From Amoebophrya sp. A120 (taxonomy: Eukaryota; Protista; Dinoflagellata), in assembly GCA_905178155.1 (NCBI GenBank), contig CAJINV010000001.1, forward strand, positions 15,624,142 through 15,688,141: DNA of 64,000 nucleotides, read 5' to 3'. Shown here in pieces: positions 57,668 through 64,000 of the stretch; the stretch's first letter is position 1, and the number at the start of each line of letters is the position of its first letter. The notes under the pieces were generated by a model that did not search any database, was not told where the DNA came from, and saw nothing but the letters and a program-made list of their open reading frames with translations. The position numbers were made by a program, and so were the translations under genes.

Positions 57668-60600
57668 TCAAAGCATGTAGTCCCCGAATGCACCGTCGGA
57701 AGGGGCCGCGCTAGACTTCGATGCCATTGTAAAGCCTGCGTTCTTGCTCTCACTGCGGGTTTCGGATTTTTTGATTTTCGGTGGAGGGGCCCTAGGGTTT
57801 TTCGATTTCGACACAACTCGAGTTGCACCTACAGGGCCAGCAGTGACCTCGATGTCGTCGGACATCAGCATCGCGCCCCGCAGGGCTGACACTCCACTCT
57901 TGTCCGACCGGTTTTCCCTCCTACTGGTGTGACCAAAAAGCGTGTCGGCCGCAGATGCAGTACCGGGTCCTCCTGCGCGTGCGCCGCCTTTGGAGGACGC
58001 ATAGTTGTTAACAACGCCCCCACGAGGACCTTTGCCTTTCGCACGGCTACCGTCCATTACCCGTAACCGATCCGGTGCAGCAGGGTGCTTCTTTGACATT
58101 CGTGCGCCCCACATCCACTCCTGCGTACTGTAGGTCAAAAACAACTCCTCGACGGTTGCGGCCTGCGGGAAGCCCGTCACGTAGGAAAGCTGCGGCACCA
58201 AATGCGTGCGGTCCGGCTGCTCCGCGGAGAACGTCGCAGCTTGAAATTTCCGGATATGGAAGCGTCAGCTTGGAAATCGTCGAAATGGAAATGAGTGATC
58301 CTGATCTACAGTGAAGAAGCAGAAAGTCGAAGATGCGTCTTACTGTTCTTGAGCGCAAAGACGTACGCTCCTGTCATGCATTTCTGCCGTCATTTCCTTG
58401 ACCTAGACCTCCACCTTAATCAAGCCGGCAGTCGGTCTCTCATCTCTCTTGCAGTCCTTGCAAAACAAGAAAAATGTGCCTTCTACTCGAACTCGATTTT
58501 ACGCAGGTACAAATCAATTAAGTAATCATTTCCACTTTGCAAATTTCAAACCGGTCACTGCCATACTGGAACGACAGCACATAATTGTTCGTGTACACCA
58601 CACCGCCCTGCGTCCCGCAGCAGCATCCAAGAATTTTCTCCACGACTCCCGGACCTCCACGACGGGACGTTGTATTTTTGTTGTTCGTGGTGTTCCCAGT
58701 AGACCCAAACGTACGACCACTTCCTGGTCCCATCTTTGCCGTTGAGAGTGCCTCTGACCAGAGTTCGTGGTGGATAGCGACCGGCACGCCAATGCCCCTG
58801 CGCAGTGGGCGCGCGATGTCGGCGGCCACCAAAGCCTGGCCCCAAATCCCCAGCTCGTTCTCGCTGCTGACTGCGAGCGCGTGCGTCGGAGATACCGAAA
58901 GGTGCCGAACGGGCGGGAAAATACTCGCAGAATCCTTGTTCGCGAGCATTGTTCTTGTGTCGTCCGTGATTGTCGCCGCGTGAAACCCGTTCGCTTTCAG
59001 TATTTGCGTCGGCCTCGCCGCCGCGCGCACGTGGAACCCGAGGCCGAGCTGGCCTAGGGTTGCCGAGCCCCAGGTGTAGACGTCCCCGTACACGGAGAGC
59101 AGCATACCGAACGCACCGGCGAGAAAGATGCGGTGCATTTCGGGAAGATGCGCGCCACGGAAGAACCGAGGTTTGCAGGCGAGCTCGAGGTTCATTTTTT
59201 CTGGCAATGCTGTGGGCTCCGGCGGTGCGCCGCCAAGAACACAAGCAACGCCGTCACCGAAGACGAAGCCACTTCCGTCTCTGTGTGCGGCGATGGAAAT
59301 GCAGCGGCTGCTGGAGGCGGAGGCAATGTCCAGCGGAATGGGCTCCTTCACGGTGGACTTGGTTGCAACGCCGAGCTGGCCGTGGGAGTTACTGCCCCAA
59401 GTGAAGACCGCACCCGTGTCCAGCCGTACGACGCAGTGGTCGGTGCCACAACACACCTCAACCGGGGATCCACCGCGCAAAGAACCGATAAACCGCAGCG
59501 GATCCCAATCAATAGATTTCGGGCCGAATTGCAGGACCATCGACGTCGGCCCTTCGTCCAGGGTCGTCGGGCTGGGGTTTGAGTTAGGGTTCTTGCTGCT
59601 ATCATTTTTCGATTGCGGCGCGACAGTGACGAAACTTCTCTCTTTATGTGAAGAAGTATTTTGTTGAACCCCATCGGCTTTATTTCGTGGCTTGTCCCTG
59701 ATGTAGTCGCACAGAAGCAGCGAACGTCTATCCCCCAGCGCTATCGCTTGTGGTAGAATGAGATTGCTTTCTGACGAAAAGTGCACTTTGTCCAGTCCGC
59801 TGCGCAAGCCAGCGAGCCGACTGCTCTCTTTGCCCTGAAATCCGAGCGCCAGCACCTTGCCGATCAGAATGCCGCCCGCATTTTTGCTCTCGTCCATGGG
59901 GGCGGCCAGCGGGCCGGGGACAAAATCTTTCGTTTCGTCAGCCGTACCGTCTGCGGGGAACGTAAACGCGCTGCCTTCCTCTGCCATCCGCTCCGTTTGC
60001 TTTAGCCACCACTTGCGCCAGTGGCGCTGCACGACACTGGTACTGGACCCCGTTTTTTTGAACCACCGGCGCCAAATCAGCATGCGCAGCAGGCACTGCA
60101 GCACGAACGCCGCTGCGCGCAGCCGCATGTACCCTTTGCGCGCAAGATAGGAACGAAACGCGGCCTGGATCTTCGCCGCGCGCCGATCGTAAAAAAAATG
60201 TTTCCGGATCTTCGATCTCTTCTCCTCTAGTGCCACCAATTCCGTGGCAAACGCTTGGCGAGCGCGGTGCCCACGGTACAGGGCCTGAATCTTCGTTGCG
60301 AACGGCGCCGCGCGCGCCCAGAATGTCTTCACTCGGAGAAGCAGTAGTCGCATGCCGGGAACGAGTGCTTGGTAGCGTCGCCGATCGCGGTACCCACGCC
60401 AGTACCTCTGAATGACAAAGGCGCAGCCGGAGTACTGCTGGATGATGCTCACCACATACAGCGCCCGGGCAGCCAAAAACTGCTTCGCCTTCGCCTGCAC
60501 CGTGCGCGCTGCGAACATGTACAGGACCTGAAAGCGGACGCGGTCCGCCTGCCGCATGGCGAACAACCGCCTCACGTGGGTCTGGATTTTCAGCGTCGCC

Positions 60601-63600
60601 GCGGCTTTCTTCTGGTGGAAGGTGACGAGGTTGTAACTCCTCCGCACTTTAAACCCCCTAAAATTTGCCTGCAGCCGCGTCGCGCAGCGCTCGAGCCACC
60701 AGTCGCGAATGCGGAGGCGGAGAAGGAGGCAGCTGCCGACCAGGAGGTTTTTTGCTTCTTCGGATTTCCTTCTCCCGTGTCGCACGCACCAGGCGCGCGT
60801 GAGCGCCTGAATTTTTCTCGCCAAGCTTCTTTGCTGTTTCACGTACTCCTTGGCCTGCTTGCCGCGAACGTAGGACTTGATGTAGGCAATTTTCGGGAGC
60901 AGCGCGTCCAGAAGCGCCGCCTTTCTCCGGTCCAACTCGTAACGCCCGGACTTCTTCAAGAAGACAAATCTCGGTTGGTCCCGCGCGCCGCGCGCTTCGT
61001 TCACCGTCGCCTGGGAGTTTTGTGATAGAGTCAGTTTACTAATTTTGCGTGTTGATCTTGCTGCAAAAAAAAACGAATGCAAATACGTAGAAAAAGTCAC
61101 GTGCATGCGCAAGTCCATCTGCACTTGCTGCACTTCATGTTCATCACAGTCACAGATAGAGATGCACGAATGAGTCCTCACAGTCTTCGTCTTACTATGA
61201 TGAATCTTCTTTGAAATACCCTTTCCTTGGAGAAGTGGATTTCGGAGAGGGCGAGCCCGGCCTGCAGCGCGACTTCGAGACAGAGCTGCTGCGGAGGCAG
61301 CAGGTTCGCCACGTCAGCAATGTTTTCTCCGAGGAGTTGGTAGCGCTCCACAAAGGTCGTCAGCGCGAGTTTCTCGGTGTACAAATTCCGCAGCTGCTGT
61401 GCCTGCGCGAGAATCTGGTGCGCGGCTAGGTCGTCGAGAATGTACTTTCCGGGACGCAGACAGTACAGAACGTGCACTTGTTGTTTATCCCGAAAATTTT
61501 TCCGGCACGTTCCCAGAAATTCGTCGCAGCGTTTTCGCACCCTGCTGCTGTGCAGCACTTTGTCCAAATTTTCCGGATTCACCTTCAGGTGTTCGTCGAA
61601 GTCCGTGTGCGAGAAAATTTTCTGCACCAGCCGACCCGCCTTCGTCTTCAGATCTGCTTGCCTCAGGTACAGCAGCAGGGGAGCTGGCATCTTCCGACTG
61701 TTGTCGCTGACCGCATGTGGATTTTCCTGTGTGTTTTCCAGTAAGTTCGCATCGCGGTACTTCACTAGTCCCCGCCCCATGTGCCGCACGGTGAAGTAGT
61801 CGCGGCCACTGCCGAGAGGACCGAGTGGACCTCGGGAACTGATTCCCGTCGTCGCCCATGTCCTTGCGCTGGAGGCGGGAGAGAGGTCTTGATTGCTAGA
61901 GCGATAATTCTGATGTTCATTATCCCTCCGCGTCCGCGAAGACGACGGCTCTCCTGGGCGGCCGGAGCCGGATGCATCGCCTGCGCCGCCAACGACAACA
62001 GTAGCAGCAGATGAAGCGCAGTTTTCTAAACTCGCTAATATGCCGGTATGTGGGTGTTCGAAGACCTCCCGCACCGTCCGGGTGCCATTCTCGTAGCTGA
62101 CGACGTCGCTGGCATGCAAGGCTTCCGCGAAAAGCCCTTTCGTTTCCTCCACTGGTCCCTCCAAGTGCTGCGGTAAAAACCAGTTTTGCAGCTTATCGCA
62201 GGCGTAGTTCTGCATCAGCTTCTCCACATCCGCGGGCTCGTACGCACTTGCGGGTTGCGGCCGATCGCCGGAGGTTGTTAAACCGATGGGGACTCCCGCG
62301 AGATTCGTGTCTTTTCCCGAGGACAGTGGATCGTAGAGGGAGACCGTGTGTCGCGCCACCGCTTTCCCCGGGTCCGGTTTAAGCTTTTTGTTGACGGCGG
62401 CAACCAACTGCGACAAGAGTCCCTCGTACAGGTGCATGGCGAACACAGCGAGGTTGTGCGCGACTTTCTCCGTCGCCAGCGGCTCCTGGAGCGGCAAGTC
62501 CTCGAAGCTAGTAGCGGGCGTGATGCGGAAGTTTTTTGGCGGGCGATAAATCAAGCCGCGGCCCAGGTGCTGCACGTCGAGCTCCAGCAGCTCGACTACT
62601 TTCAAGATCTCCTCCGACAGCTGGCACGCCTGGTGTTTACTGGTCGAGGCTCCGGGAGAGCTCATCGCGCTGGGCCCCTTTGGGGAAGCGACGCGGGTCC
62701 GGATCCCGCGGATGAGATCGACGGAGCTCAGGACGGCGAGAAAGGTCTCCGCATCTATGCCAATCTTCTGCAGGGCCGCGGGGACTGTCAGCTTCTCGGA
62801 ATCTGGCAGCACGGGTGGAAAGCCGCCACGGAGGTAAAACGCGGTTGACGGCTTGTTCTCTTCTCGTTCTTTCGTGTCTCCTTTGTTTTTCATTTTCTCC
62901 TTTTCTTTCTCGCTGCTGCGATGCCTTCTCTTATCGTACCAATTGTGCCGGCCCTCGACCTGGAACTCCTCGTCTAACAGCCGAAAGATCGCAAAGGAAG
63001 GCCGTCGGGCGTAGAACTGCGCTGGGGAGAGCGCACCCATCTGGCCTACGCTGAGACTGCATCCGACGGCGACGGCTTTTTTACCCGACGCTGGGAACTG
63101 AAACGTGAGTTGGAGATCGAGCCTGGATTCGAAATCGTGCGTGATCCCGGGTTGGCTCGTCATGCACTGCACTAGCGAAAGCAGCTCATGCAGCGACGGA
63201 ATCGATCCCGCCTGGGACTCGAAGGACTGGTCCGTAGTGAGGTATCGGGACAAAAAGTGCATCCACGTGCTCTTCCCCGCCTTGTTCGCTCCCTGAAGGA
63301 CGATGAGCGAATCTTTATTCGGAGCTGCTTGTTCTTCACTAGTGTTCTTCACTACTTTGTTCGGCACCGAAGAAGAAGACGAACCACCACCACCACTCGC
63401 CCCAACCCGAGATGAAGATGACGCCGACGACGACGATGTCGCTTCTCTCCAACAGGTGTCGACCAGACAAAAAGGGTGCGGCTCCACGTCGGCAACTACC
63501 GCACTCTCGTCCTGCAGCTGCCTGCGGACCAGATTCGCCTCCGCCTCCAGGTCGACGTTCAGCACGTCTTCGAGAGCAAACGGTCCCCGGGCAAGCAGGG

Positions 63601-63970
63601 ACTGTCCGCCCACCAGCCAGGTGAAGTCGCGGTTGAACCCAGCGTGGAGAGCGAGCGTGGCGAGATTCACTTCCTCTTCGTGCTTGACGAAGTTTTCCAG
63701 CACTCCCGTTACCTTCTGCGGATTGTACGTGCGATCGAACTCCTCCGTCCAGCGGAGGAAAACGCACGCGCGCGCGATCCACTGCAAGCGCTTATCCGAA
63801 AAGGAAGAGCTGCTGCCGGTGGAGTTCGTCTCGTCGATTTTGTCATACCGAACCAGCACCCGGTCGCCGTCCACGTCACGCACCGTCGCGGCAGCAAGCA
63901 CGTCGTCGTTGCGGTACACCCACACACGCCGCCCGCGTAAGTCGCAACGAGCCTCCGAAACCAGGTCCAT
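57668..63970 (-). CDS. Divergent myosin with multiple IQ motifs and an RCC1-repeat tail (MyoH-like architecture); introns ~61011-61219 (GT-AG) and introner 58255-58565
   Basis: Head remnants GANKAGKST, MHLYEGLL, EKLMQNYACDKLQ, FTVRH..G.VKY, YCLRP; IQxxxRGxxxR repeats; RCC1 motifs VFTWGSNSHGQLG and VYTWGSATLGQLG. Confidence 0.8.
58255..58565 (-). mobile_element. TIR introner (TIR related to 52687-53074)
   Basis: tatggaagcgtcagcttggaaatcgtcgaaatggaaatga vs rc tatggcagtgaccggtttgaaatttgcaaagtggaaatga; flanks ccgga/ctgga; restores VLSFRKFQ. Confidence 0.8.
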
Positions 63971-64000
63971 TCGTAGCAGATTTCGGTGGGCTTGTTAACT

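Noticed and set aside
1-64000. Spliced-leader relics, tRNA/rRNA/snoRNA genes, CRISPR arrays, introner transposase
   Set aside because: None recognised by eye; a covariance-model or HMM search would be needed to exclude them.

Overview
Eukaryotic (alveolate) genomic DNA. By inference it most resembles a parasitic syndinian dinoflagellate such as Amoebophrya: Ser/Ala-rich genes, long co-oriented gene blocks and many non-canonical introns. All host genes from about 0.3 to 42.2 kb are on + (hypotheticals, a Tudor/H1-tail protein, LSm2, a large 2OG-Fe(II) dioxygenase-like protein, DUF218, a TBC RabGAP, a DEAH helicase, a Kir-GST fusion, maspardin). All host genes from 52 to 64 kb are on - (a helical-repeat protein and a myosin-IQ-RCC1 protein). 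At the convergence point is a ~1.1 kb AT-rich island with no GpC dinucleotide. An 8.26 kb tyrosine-recombinase retrotransposon has inserted into its left edge at a TTT. The element has split direct repeats (A1-B1A2-ORFs-B2) and an unusual YR-gag-RT/RH order. At least 14 MITE-like elements with TAT...ATA-type terminal inverted repeats and 5-bp flanking duplications are present. Thirteen behave as introns: removing element + 5 nt restores the reading frame, mostly without GT-AG. All splice models were derived by hand and need RNA-seq confirmation.
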